A DNA stretch of 63,855 bases, the filler included, from Octopus bimaculoides (Eukaryota), in NCBI RefSeq assembly GCF_001194135.2. It is 4 parts of 4 records of this genome, joined end to end, with 100 filler letters (N's around TTAATTAATTAA, not from the genome) between each part and the next. Parts side by side here need not be neighbours in the genome. Positions count along the whole stretch, not along the records: positions 1 to 26,002 come from NC_068989.1; 3 more parts are not named here. One strand, written 5' to 3'. The notes beneath the pieces were generated by a model. It was not told the origin of the DNA and did no database searches. It worked only from the letters and a program-made list of their open reading frames with translations. This document shows, piece by piece, positions 1 through 10,890 of the stretch. Made by a program: the position numbers and the translations under genes. Numbering within the stretch: the first letter of the stretch is position 1; every line of letters begins with the position of its first letter.

Positions 1-182
1 GACAACCAGTGCCGGTGTATTTACGTCCCCGTATCTTGGGGTTCGGCAAAATGGACCGATAGAATACGTACGAGAGTTAAAAAGAAAATAAGTACTAGTG
101 TCGGTCAGTTCGATTAAAATTTCCTGAAGGCAGTGCCCCAGCACGGCCACAGTCTAATGACTGAAACAAATAAAAGATTAAG
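1..182 (+). mobile_element. SINE family A, 3' half (cut by window edge)
   Basis: Matches the 3' half of the fuller copies at 59297-59783 and 41862-42340 (tttacgtccccgta...ggttcggcaaaa...gaccgatagaata...gcagtgccccagcacggccacagtc...gactgaaacaaataaaaga). Confidence 0.85.
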
Positions 183-1315
183 TAAATAAAAGACAGTAAA
201 GAGAGTAATCCTTCTATTGGGGAGACATTTTCCTAGAATCGCACATAAGATTGTGCACAGATGTCAATGATGGATATCATTTTTTTGGAACTAATTTGTC
301 CCCTAAAACTTCAACAAAATTTAATAAAGCTATGAACATGAGATTTTCCACTAAATTAAAAATATAATCAACTACCTTACCCAGTTAGACACGCCTTAAA
401 GAAATGCTACTTACGTACACGTCGAACATTGCAGCACATGCTCGATAGCTTGATAATGTAGAATTTATAACACACTTATTGCCCTTGACTAACATCCCCC
501 GCAGTTATCCAAGATTTTTGATACTTAAAAGTTGACATCCTTCCTACAAAACGTGCTTGAAACGTGGAGGGAAACGATTTCCTACACATCTTCAGAGTTT
601 GTCAATACAATTTATTCTCTCTGTTAGAGAATGCATTGTGGTTTAGCTGTTTTGCTGCCCTTCCGTAATATCTTATATTTTAGCACCCATTCAAAGGGTT
701 TGAAATAATTGTTTTCCTGTTTGACATTGAAGAAACATTCCAATTCCTTTGTTACCAAGTCTAATTCGCTCGCTCGTACAGTTATTAATGGAAGTATTTC
801 TTAACTCATCTATTAAATACTCCTCAGCCTATAATATTCTCCTAAAGCTAATAGGACGAGTTGCGTGTTAACCGACCACAATAGTTGTGAAAATTCAAAC
901 AATTTAGTCAGTTAATGATATAATCGAAGGACGAGTTATGCTTCATTGGTTTCTTCTGAAAAGATACAATATCTTTTCCTTTACAAACGAATAGCAATAG
1001 TATGTTGTGAAGAGAAGAGCTCATTCAAAATAGAAGCGCATGCGCGAAACTACACACATACCTTAAAATTGCTGCACAAAAAAATAACATTACGACTGAT
1101 TCGTTGAGTAAAGAATGTTATTCTAAAATAGATATCATTTGCAAGGTTTCCGTGAACACATTTAGAGTAGATTGAAGAAGTAATATTAAGTTTCGTTTGT
1201 GTGTTACCGTAGTAGAAGAGAGAAGACAGGAAAATTGTTCGGAAGCAATTTATGTATATCTGTTTTTCTTTTCCTCACTTCTTTTTATATCTCTCGTTCT
1301 TTTATATCACGTATC

Positions 1316-1316
<1 letters not shown>

Positions 1317-1372
<56 letters not shown>
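1317..1372. repeat. (GT)n microsatellite
   Basis: Pure GT run; source of the poly-CV ORFs. Confidence 0.95.
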
Positions 1373-1373
<1 letters not shown>

Positions 1374-1676
1374 AAAATATCATGTCTGTGCAGACGTCTG
1401 TGACTCTGTGTGTGGAGTTTTGGTTTTAATTTGGGTAAGTATTCACTTGACTCGCAGATATATATGTATAGTTTAAGTTGCGCTTATTAGCAGGCAGCAA
1501 AAGGAAAACTGTTTGAAAATTATTCCCTAATACACTTTGGGTTTTAACGGGAACCAAAACGGAAACAGTATACCACACCAAAATTTCGTGATTTCATGTA
1601 CCGCCTTTTAAATGTAAAAACTCAAAGAAATTCTCAAATATCTTACATTACCATCAAAATGTAAATAAGAGATAGA

Positions 1677-2190
1677 ATAATAACAATAATAATAATAATA
1701 ATAACAATAACTGCCTTGATGCAGTACCAGGCAGTGGTTCTCATGGCTTTTGATCTTAAATGATTGGAAGTGTTATCAAGTACATTGTTTTGTCTTGGTA
1801 TAAAAGATAGGCTACAGCAAATATTCTGCTCAATACCGCAGATTTGCTTGTCAGCTGATTGACCTTAACCAGTTGAGCATGTCCCTTAGTAGCTGACAAT
1901 ATGTGCATCTCTGATCACGAGCAGAAGTTGTGGGAGAGCATGATAGCCATATGTTAAGAAGAATTCTTTGGGGTTTGAGTAATTCATTTATGGAAACGTG
2001 GGTCTTTCGTTCATCACCCTTAAACCTTATTCAGGGACCTTTTGAGCGTGATGGGCTACTCACTCTTAAGAAAATTCTAACTGCCCCATCTGCAAAGTCA
2101 TGCGCTGTTCATCTTGATGTAAGATCATTATATCATGCACATATGGTTGTGATGCATGTGCCTAGTGTACCCTTTACTTTATATAAAACA
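1677..2190 (-). mobile_element. Probable retroposon 3' region with (TAT)n tail (family unassigned)
   Basis: Higher-GC block bounded on the left by an (AAT)n run, which would be a 3' tail on the minus strand. Recalled as an abundant octopus repeat; not verified and no second copy in the window. Confidence 0.35.
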
Positions 2191-2225
2191 ATGTGCCTAG
2201 TGTACCCTTTCCCTTATATAAAACA
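2156..2225. repeat. 35-bp tandem duplication (2 copies)
   Basis: atgtgcctagtgtaccctttactttatataaaaca followed by atgtgcctagtgtaccctttcccttatataaaaca (33/35 identical). Confidence 0.9.
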
Positions 2226-3020
2226 ACCATTACTGTATCTCTCCAATCCTCAGGTACAGATTCACTTGCGCATATCCTGCCAAACATACATACATACTTA
2301 CATACATACATACATACCAGACATATATACCAATCATATTCGCATAAGAAATATATTGATACATAGACAACGTTGATCTATAATTTCGTTTATATATTGC
2401 ATTTGTGTGTGTGTATGTGTGTGTGCGCGTGTGTGCGTGTGCGTGTGGAAGTGTATGCGTGTGTGTGTATGTGAGTGAGTGAGTGCATGAGCACGTAACA
2501 TGTAGAGACGTTATACATAATGTATACATATTCGTGTATGTACGTGTGTGAGCGTATCTCAGTATGTATATGTTAAGAGTCATGTGAATTCATGTGGTGC
2601 GAAGCTGTGATATGTTCTGAGTTGAAATTTATATAAGACGTCAACGTCTTAAAGTACAAATGGTCTATTTAATTTTATTAAAATTTGATTCCCTATATTT
2701 TCTTAAGAATATATATGTATATATAATCTTAAGATAGTTGTATAATTAATTCACATTTCAAACTGTGACGATCAGTCAAAAATCTATTTCAAAAGTGTTT
2801 ATTTACTTTCTTTAGATTTATGTATTCTATGTTTTTTTTTTTGCTGTTTTTTTTCTTGTTTGGTATCATTTCTAATTTTCAGTGATGTTCCAGTATATAA
2901 AAGTAATAATTTAAATGGACATTTGAAGAAAATAAGCATTTCCAGCTTAGTAAACTCAAAATTCAAATTTATCTACAATATGTTACATGTTACGCTGTGT
3001 GTGTATAGACAGAACAGTAG

Positions 3021-3071
<51 letters not shown>

Positions 3072-3746
3072 TAGATAGATAGATATAGATATATAGGTAT
3101 ATATAGATATATATGTATAGAATCTAATTTTATGAACAAGGTAATTAAAAGTTTTATAGTTATATTTTATTACAAAATAATAATTTAAATTGAATGCTAT
3201 CTCTACTTAAATTTATATGCTATAAAAGGCAACAAATTTATATGTGTATATGCACATACATACATAATGCATACATACATATATACATACATACATACAT
3301 ACATACATGTACATGCACATACATACATACATAGATCGCTTTTATTTATTTAATTTTCTTTGAAAGATTCTTAATGTGAAATTCCGTTGAAATAGTTATT
3401 GTTGCACTTTGGGATCGTGATGCCACTAATGAAGTTTCCGTTTCCTTTCACTTCGTCTTTAACAAAAGTATTTTGAGAAACTGATTACTCGATTCATTTA
3501 TTAATTCATTAACCAACTACTCCATTTATTCGTAAAGTAATTTTCTAAGTAATTGATGATAAATATGCGTATTATATTTTATATATTTCACTTTAAGCAT
3601 GAACTTACCTAGCACAACTATATATACAGGCATCTATACATACATATACATACATGCATAGACACATATATACATACATACAAGCATATATCTATTTATC
3701 TATCTATCTATATTTATATATATATATATATATATANNNNNNNNNN

Positions 3747-3786
<40 letters not shown>

Positions 3787-3891
3787 TCTCTGTCTCAATA
3801 TCATTTGACCACTTGTTTTGCAGTCCTATTAACCCTTTTGTCTCCATAAAAAGAGGTAAAAATTATTTCTTGTCATATATATAGACATATA

Positions 3892-4770
3892 CAGGGTCGG
3901 TGGAAAGTAACTAGACTTTAAAAATTGCTTATAGAATCTTTCGTATCACTGAAGTCATGACGAAAACATTTTTTTAAACAGACACCAGTAATGTTTTTTT
4001 TTTTCTTATTGTCTTATTTATTTCTTATTTTCCAGATGGCTGATCACTTGACTGTTTAGCAGCGACCTAAGATGGCAGCACGCAATGAAGTGTGGAATTC
4101 CATTGTTTTAGTTCAGAGATGGTAGCGTACATGGAAAGGTAAGTATGCAACACCACGTCCAGAGACAATAAAAAGTTGTCATGCAAAGCTGATGACCACG
4201 GGTTCTGTGAACGATGCAAGAAGAAGTGGCCATCCAATCCGATCAGCGGAGACCGTTGCAACAGTGCAGGAAATGTTTAACCGCAGCCCGCATAAATCAA
4301 CACGTCAAGCAGTTCGTGAAAGTGGACTAACAAGATACACAATACGTACGGTGTTGCCTCAGGAATTGAATTTTCGTCCATGGAAACCCCATTACGTGCA
4401 GGAACTAAAACCTGAAGACTGTAACCGCAGAAGTTCAGAATTTCAGAACTCCAAGGAGTCCAGATCTCACTTTACGTGATATTTACCTGTGAGGTTACAC
4501 AAAAGAGGTATAAAAGAGAAAACCTCGCACACTGGTGGACTTGAAGACACGGATTCAAGAGGCTCTCATTGACGTCCTTCAGAAGGTTGTTCATTCCATC
4601 CCTGGCCGTTTGAGGAAACTAGTTGACGCCGCCAGTACTTACGTTGAAATATGAAGATTTACTTTCATTTTCCCATGTAATGAAGAACATGTATAATTTG
4701 TTTCAATAAATTTGTAAAAGGAACATAGATTTTATTACCAATTTTTAATGCCTACTCACTTTTCACTCAC
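3892..4770 (+). mobile_element. Internally deleted Tc1/mariner-superfamily DNA transposon
   Basis: Starts TA|cagggtcggtggaaagtaactagactttaaaaattg, with a degenerate inverse near 4738-4770. ORF 4192-4479 (GSVNDARRSGHP...SPHKSTRQAVRESG...WKPHYVQELKPED) is a Tc1/mariner DNA-binding region. A C-terminal remnant (LKTRIQEAL...RKLVDAASTYVEI*) follows directly, so the DDE core is deleted. Confidence 0.75.
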
Positions 4771-4809
4771 ATTTGGCCTTATCAACTAGAAGAAAACTGT
4801 TCTACTGTA

Positions 4810-5860
4810 CCAACCTTCCCCCTCTAAACTTTATATGGAACCTTCTATAACTGTGCATGTTCAAAGGCTGGAAGCTGTAACTAAGTTCATTTATTTAGGA
4901 AGTACTTTGAGTACAACTGGTCTTGATGATGAAATTTCGTATAGAATCAGCAAGGCTAGTAGTAGTAGTAAACTGCACAAACGTCTTCGGTCACGCCATA
5001 GAATATCTTTCCAAATTAAAGTTAGGACTTATAACAAATGTGTCTTGCCATCGTTTCTATATGGAAGGGAAACATGGGTTATTTATCGTGGGTATTTAAG
5101 ACATTTGGAACGATATCATCAATACTGTCTAAGGAAAATTTTTGGGATAAATTGGAAAATGGCCATCAGTGACTCGGAGGTATTTGAGAGAAGTGGAAGT
5201 AGAAGTGTAAAATCAATGATTCTGCAAATCCATTTGAAGTGGGGGGTGGACATTTAGTAAGAATGAATGATGAAAGACTTCCCAAGCAATTTTTGTATGG
5301 TGAGCTAGAAGATGGAAGGAGACCAGCACATAAGCCCAAAATAAACCCATAAACCCAAAGACTGCCTCAGAATTGCTCTGACACAGACAGGAGTTTCAGC
5401 TGTTGATTATGAGAGGGAGGCACAAGACCGAAATGGATGGAGGAAAAGGGTGCATATTGATTGTTCGAAGTTTAAAAGAGAGAAAATGAAGCACAAGAGG
5501 ATTAAGAAAAGGCTTTGAAAGAATGAACCTGTAGAAAATGAGGGAGTGTTGGTTTTTATGTGTGTGATTAGTGGGAGGAAGTGCTTGAGTTGTGCAGGCC
5601 TAGTCAGCCATCAGAGAACTCACAGGAATGAACCCATTGTAAATTGTGATATGGTTATTGTTCACACCAAAACATGTGAAACCCGTGGAAAGGTGTGCCT
5701 TTCAAATGGAGGATTGAAAAGACATGTAAAAAATTTTCATACCATGGCACCTGTTCTTTTCGCCAGCCAGCACAGCTATGCATTATCCAATAGAATGTGA
5801 AAATCTTTGGCCGGTCTCGAAAGTCATACAAGTGACCTACATTGCATCATCAGTGATTCA
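4810..5860 (+). mobile_element. 5'-truncated RTE-clade LINE (RT C-terminus plus two C2H2-like zinc fingers), pseudogenised
   Basis: KFIYLGSTLS, EISYRISKAS, VLPSFLYGRETW, YHQYCLRKIFGINW; after a frameshift GHLVRMNDERLPKQFLYGELEDG; then CLSCAGLVSHQRTH and CLSNGGLKRHVKNFH. Typical RTE/BovB-like 3' end. Confidence 0.9.
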
Positions 5861-5912
5861 TTTCAGTGATTCTCTCCAGCATTAGCTTTGCTCGTATACG
5901 TGAAAGCAGCTA

Positions 5913-5949
<37 letters not shown>

Positions 5950-6839
5950 NNNNNNNNNNNNNNNNNNNNNNNNNNNNNNNNNNNNNNNNNNNNNNNNNNN
6001 NNNNNNNNNNNNNNNNNNNNNNNNNNNNNNNNNNNNNNNNNNNNNNNNNNNNNNNNNNNNNNNNNNNNNNNNNNNNNNNNNNNNNNNNNNNNNNNNNNNN
6101 NNNNNNNNNNNNNNNNNNNNNNNNNNNNNNNNNNNNNNNNNNNNNNNNNNNNNNNNNNNNNNNNNNNNNNNNNNNNNNNNNNNNNNNNNNNNNNNNNNNN
6201 NNNNNNNNNNNNNNNNNNNNNNNNNNNNNNNNNNNNNNNNNNNNNNNNNNNNNNNNNNNNNNNNNNNNNNNNNNNNNNNNNNNCATACACCTATATATAT
6301 ATAGGTAGGTAGGTAGGTAGGTAGGTAGGTACATACATACATACATATGTATGCATATAAGTACAGTTTATTGTAAATATAAATATGTATGTATATTCTT
6401 TTTTTTTTCTCTTAGTCTGAAGGAAATGTCTATTAAAAACTTAATAGATTTGCTTTACAATTTAAACTGTTTCTGTCAATCAGATTAGAGAAAACCATAA
6501 TTCTGTCATTGAACGTCGTTGAAACATGACATTTAGAAAAGTATGCTTTAAAAAATATATAATAATCGAAAAAGAGAATAACATAACCATTCAGATATAA
6601 GTTTAAAATATTTAAAGCAAATATCGGTTTAGTTTGAAACTATTTTCTATCATGCCAGTAATAAAACTGTTCACAGTATTCTGTTTTAACAGAATAATGT
6701 TATTTCGTTTTTATTGCTTGCTTCCACTGTTTTCTTACTTTCGACGAGTTGACCAATCTAATTTACTTTTGACGCAACTACGTTTGCTTTTACAATTTTA
6801 AAGCCAAATAGCCTCTACAGATTTTAAGTGCGTCGTAAT

Positions 6840-7005
6840 ACATAGCGTAATAAAGTATGAAGTGAGCATATAGTAGTGCATTAAACGGTAATGAAATGAA
6901 GTGTAGTGCCGTTGTGTATATACTATTGTAATATCTATCAGCGAAATATTAAACGCTTCAAATAACTATCTGGCTCAAGTAATTGTAATGTCCTGTATAC
7001 TAAAG
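6840..7005 (+). repeat. Diverged ~160-bp repeat, copy 1 of 4
   Basis: Shares acatagcgtaa...tactattgtaatat...cttcaaataactatctggctcaagta with the copies at 7655, 8945 and 9107. Confidence 0.6.
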
Positions 7006-7654
7006 CGAAAAGGCCTATTGTTGTTGTCTCTGCTCACTACGCTACATGGAAGTTGATGTATTTTGGTCTTCTTGGCTTTGAATGAATTTGTACTGCGTAA
7101 TATATTTTTGTATATACTACATGATATAATTTATATATACACACGCACATATAAACATATGATGTATTGGAGCAGCTGTAGTTTATTGAAATGAATATAA
7201 TAGATAATTCCAGCAGATTAACGGTGGGTTACATTTTAAAGTCGAAAGTGATTGGTTAGATTTGAACTCGGTCATTAATCAGCGAAATTAATTAATGTTC
7301 AGCTCCTGGCCATCTTTGCCCCCTTTGCAGACCTGATAATATCACAATAAATTGTATTAAGATAACAATATTGCTTTCAAATTTTCGCTTAAGGACATTA
7401 ATTGTAGGGGATCGGGGTTAGTCTCATGGTTATACATTTTATTCTTCAAGTTAGCATGTTTTCGATATAACTAAGGATTAAGGTTAAACTAAGTTTCATA
7501 TTACACATCTGTGAGGATTTAATAAAGTTCACTGATTAGTTATCTTTTGTTCTGTTCATGCAACATTCTGCAAGGAGCAAATCGATTCTACAAATATTTT
7601 CCCAGCTCAGCATAGCAATCGAGTTTGCTAAAATAGTATATTGAACTATGAAAT

Positions 7655-7825
7655 AAATATAGTGTAATGGACCAAACAGCAATAAATTGTGTTGGGCGTG
7701 GTGGGGGGTGCGTTGTAGACTTAAGTGTTTACACTATGGCAATATTTTGTTGCGGAGTTATAAAATATGAAATGGTTCGAGTAGCTATCCGGATCAAGTA
7801 GTTATTTTGTAATATTGTCTATAAA
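7655..7825 (+). repeat. Diverged ~160-bp repeat, copy 2 of 4
   Basis: atatagtgtaa...cactatggcaatattttgttgcggag...ggttcgagtagctatccggatcaagtag. Confidence 0.6.
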
Positions 7826-7830
7826 TTTTT

Positions 7831-8031
7831 GGCTCGAGACCAGCAAGTTCGACGGAGGGGGTAAGTCGATTACGTTGACACCAGTACTCAACTGGTACTT
7901 ATTTGATCGACCCCGAGAAGATGAAAGGCAAAGACGACCTCAGCGGCGGAATTTGAACTCAGAACGTAAAGATGGATGAAATGCCGCTAAGTATTTTCCC
8001 CGACGTCCTAACAAACCTGCCTGCTCGCCGC
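7831..8031 (-). mobile_element. SINE family B (tRNA-like head)
   Basis: Reverse complement reads gcggcgagcaggcagg...gttctgagttcaaattccgcc...ctttgcctttcatc...ggggtcgatcaaataagtaccag; matches the copies at 44392, 53050 and 53985. Confidence 0.85.
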
Positions 8032-8039
8032 TTTTAGGC

Positions 8040-8935
8040 TTCTTTTAGCTTATACAGTATATTAATGTATACTATGCAAGCTAAAAGAACTGAGCCACTA
8101 TTCCCAAGAGACAAGGTATGCAGTAATATATATATANNNNNNNNNNNNNNNNNNNNNNNNNNNNNNNNNNNNNNNNNNNNNNNNNNNNNNNNNNNNNNNN
8201 NNNNNNNNNNNNNNNNNNNNNNNNNNNNNNNNNNNNNNNNNNNNNNNNNNNNNNNNNNNNNNNNNNNNNNNNNNNNNNNNNNNNNNNNNNNNNNNNNNNN
8301 NNNNNNNNNNNNNNNNNNNNNNNNNNNNNNNNNNNNNNNNNNNNNNNNNNNNNNNNNNNNNNNNNNNNNNNNNNNNNNNNNNNNNNNNNNNNNNNNNNNN
8401 NNNNNNNNNNNNNNNNNNNNNNNNNNNNNNNNNNNNNNNNNNNNNNNNNNNNNNNNNNNNNNNNNNNNNNNNNNNNNNNNNNNNNNNNNNNNNNNNNNNN
8501 NNNATATATATATATATATATATATACATATGGAAGATCCTGGAAATTCTAGCGAATACCAGCCACTGAACAGCTCACCGCTGCATAGTATCAAATATCC
8601 CACCTTCATCTAGTATATGGATCTATTATTGTAACAGCTAAAGTTTCAAGGGCCCACATCTATTCAACACTCTGCCAAACAACCTCAGACATCTGCAAGT
8701 TGTAGGTGTAAATGCCTTCAAGTAACTTTTGAACGTTTTGTATTTTTTTTTTTGTCTGAAGAACCAGATCAACCTACGTTGCTGCTACAAATACAAAGAA
8801 GAATATCTCTGCCCAAATAGCTACTTCCCCAGAAACAGTTCCTGAGAGAAAGCCACAAAACAAGTGTGAGATAAAGACCAGTCACACACTAGAAACAGTG
8901 CCTCAAAATTACCACAGCTGCAGTAAAAGTAAGTA
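8040..8935 (+). mobile_element. CR1/L2-like LINE 3' fragment split by a (TA)n tract and an assembly gap
   Basis: Reads KLKELSHYSQETRYAVIYI before the gap and YIWKILEI...YYCNS*SFKGPHLFNTLPNNLRHLQVVGVNAFK...EEPDQP after it, a CR1/L2-group ORF2 C-terminal pattern. Followed by a 3' UTR ending gtaaaagtaagtaaaag. Confidence 0.7.
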
Positions 8936-8944
8936 AAAGTGTTA

Positions 8945-9095
8945 CATAGTGTAGTGTATTAAAGAGTAGTAATGTAAAGAAGAACGCCGTAGCGTATCCA
9001 CTATTGCAATATTTTGTTGCAGAGCTGCGAAATATTTAATGGTTCAAATAGCTAACTGGCTCAAGTAGATGCATTGTAATATATAATATATTAAA
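8945..9095 (+). repeat. Diverged ~160-bp repeat, copy 3 of 4
   Basis: acatagtgtag...cactattgcaatattttgttgcagag...ggttcaaatagctaactggctcaagtag. Confidence 0.65.
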
Positions 9096-9106
9096 GTTTA
9101 AAATGT

Positions 9107-9240
9107 ACATAGCGTAACGATTTAAACTGTAATAATGTGAAGGAGAATGCCGCAGTATTGAAATTATTGCAATATTTTGAAGCCGTCAAATCTTACGCGG
9201 TTCAAATAGCTATCCGACGCGAGTAGGTGCGGAATTTATT
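9107..9240 (+). repeat. Diverged ~160-bp repeat, copy 4 of 4 (tandem with copy 3)
   Basis: acatagcgtaa...aattattgcaatattttgaag...ggttcaaatagctatccgacgcgagtag. Confidence 0.6.
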
Positions 9241-9246
9241 AAAATA

Positions 9247-10152
9247 CTAGACAAACCGTGACCCATTGGGTCACCGGGAAAGTCTGAGCTCCCCAGCAAC
9301 GGAGTTTTCTTTCGTGGGTGTTTGGTTTTTCATGTTATTTCGCATGCTTTCAACGAATGTGACATCGAAATCACGCGTAAACAGCTCCTTTCTCCAGAAA
9401 AGGAAAGATTTGGCTGCTATTTCTAGCACGCCCTGCTACCACATAAAAGGTATTTCGGGTCCTTTATCGCAAATAGCTGTTACATGATAGCAGGGCGTGC
9501 TAGAAATAGCAGCCAAATCTTTGAATGTGAGATACATGGAATGCACTCGAAAAAATACTATGGAAAAGAATTATTTCACACAGGTTACAAACGGGTCGTT
9601 TACAAAATATTTACCGTATTTTTAAAGTCATTTTCATTTTAAAATATTTTAAAATATGCCAAAAAAATATTTGTAATGGTATTCACTTGAAAATGATTTT
9701 AAAAACACATTAAAATATTGTCTGTTGAAAGAAAGCTAAAATATAAATACTTACTGTACAAACAACTTACATTTTTGAAATCACATTCGCTAAATAATAG
9801 TTGTAAATGATTAAAATATTGTGTTAATAGTGAAAATAGAAACATTTACTGTAAGAAACAAATCGTATTTTTTCGTTATCATGTCACTGTGTCTAATCGA
9901 AAGGTTAGAGTTTCTTCCCTTTCAGGATTAAGTTATTTTCGGAGAATTTCCCCATTATGCACCGTTTTGGGGTTTTTATACCCCAAAACCTCCTAATGTC
10001 TCAATAACCAGTTGTCCGATTTACGCGAAACTTTTATTCCGTTCGTATTCACATTTTAGGGGAAACTTAACTCATAGTATTTTCTTATTATGCGCCAGTT
10101 GGGTAACAGTGCAAGCAAGTAAGATTCAAGCTCACTTTTAATATATTATAGA
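9247..10152 (-). mobile_element. Non-autonomous Helitron-like element
   Basis: On the minus strand it begins A|TCtataatatattaaaagtgag and ends gtgacccaatgggtcac (hairpin) ggtttgtCTAG|T. This is the canonical 5'-TC, subterminal palindrome, 3'-CTAG and A|T insertion site. No ORF. Confidence 0.75.
9404..9522. repeat. Perfect 35-bp inverted repeat with 49-bp spacer
   Basis: 9404-9438 aaagatttggctgctatttctagcacgccctgcta is the exact reverse complement of 9488-9522. Confidence 0.95.
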
Positions 10153-10619
10153 TTCCTCTATGCCTGTGATAAAAACTGGAATTGTTTCGTTCTTAAGGAA
10201 ATCGATGCTGCTTTTGGTTCCACCTTTGTATATCAGGTGATAAAGTGTTCGAGTCCATTGGGTTAAATTGACTAAATTATTATATCGTTGTCTAAGACGC
10301 CTTGTGGTATTTAGGGTATCTATTCTCTCTCAGTTTATATACTGCATCGTCACTGAAAAAAACTGCTACCGACTAATGGAAGCATAGCCTCCTTGATTAG
10401 ATCACTACTGTTTTGTGAATTCGGATGATTGATATTTGGGAGGAGAATTCTGAACATAGTTGCTTTTAAATCTTGAAAATGTGAGTGAGATTAATCATAT
10501 TTTAGAGACATTTTACATCTGATTAAAAAAATTAGTTGCCAGCAATGTATGAATGGTGAATGGATGGCGAAAACAAATAGAATGTCGGAAAATAAACCTT
10601 TTATTTGCTAATGTTCTTT

Positions 10620-10890
10620 TACGTTATGGGTTCAAATCCCTACCATGTTCACTTTGCTTTTCGTTCATCTGGTATCGATAAAGCAATTACTGAAGTCAAT
10701 TTATTGACTATTTTCGCGAAGGCAATACGTCAACATGACGAAAACTAGTAAAATAATGATATTTATGTAAGTACAAAGCCAGAAATTTTGGTAAGTAGAG
10801 TTAATCAATTAAATCGACCTTCAATCATGGAAGATCAAGTAACAAAATTGATGTCGGCGAAATTTTAATTCAGAACATAAAGAACTTGAA
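10620..10890. mobile_element. Two old SINE family B remnants in opposite orientation
   Basis: Plus strand ~10620-10710 (gggttcaaatccc...ctttgcttttcgttcatctggtatcgataaa); minus strand ~10775-10890 (aaatcgacc...gatgtcggcgaaattttaattcagaac). Confidence 0.5.

Noticed and set aside
1930-2376. 148-aa ORF MGEHDSH...
   Set aside because: It lies in a probable repeat on the opposite strand and runs through a tandem duplication and (CATA)n; no domain recognised.
5546-5800. Host C2H2 zinc-finger gene
   Set aside because: The fingers are contiguous with an RTE RT C-terminus and decayed (lost Cys residues); they belong to the LINE.
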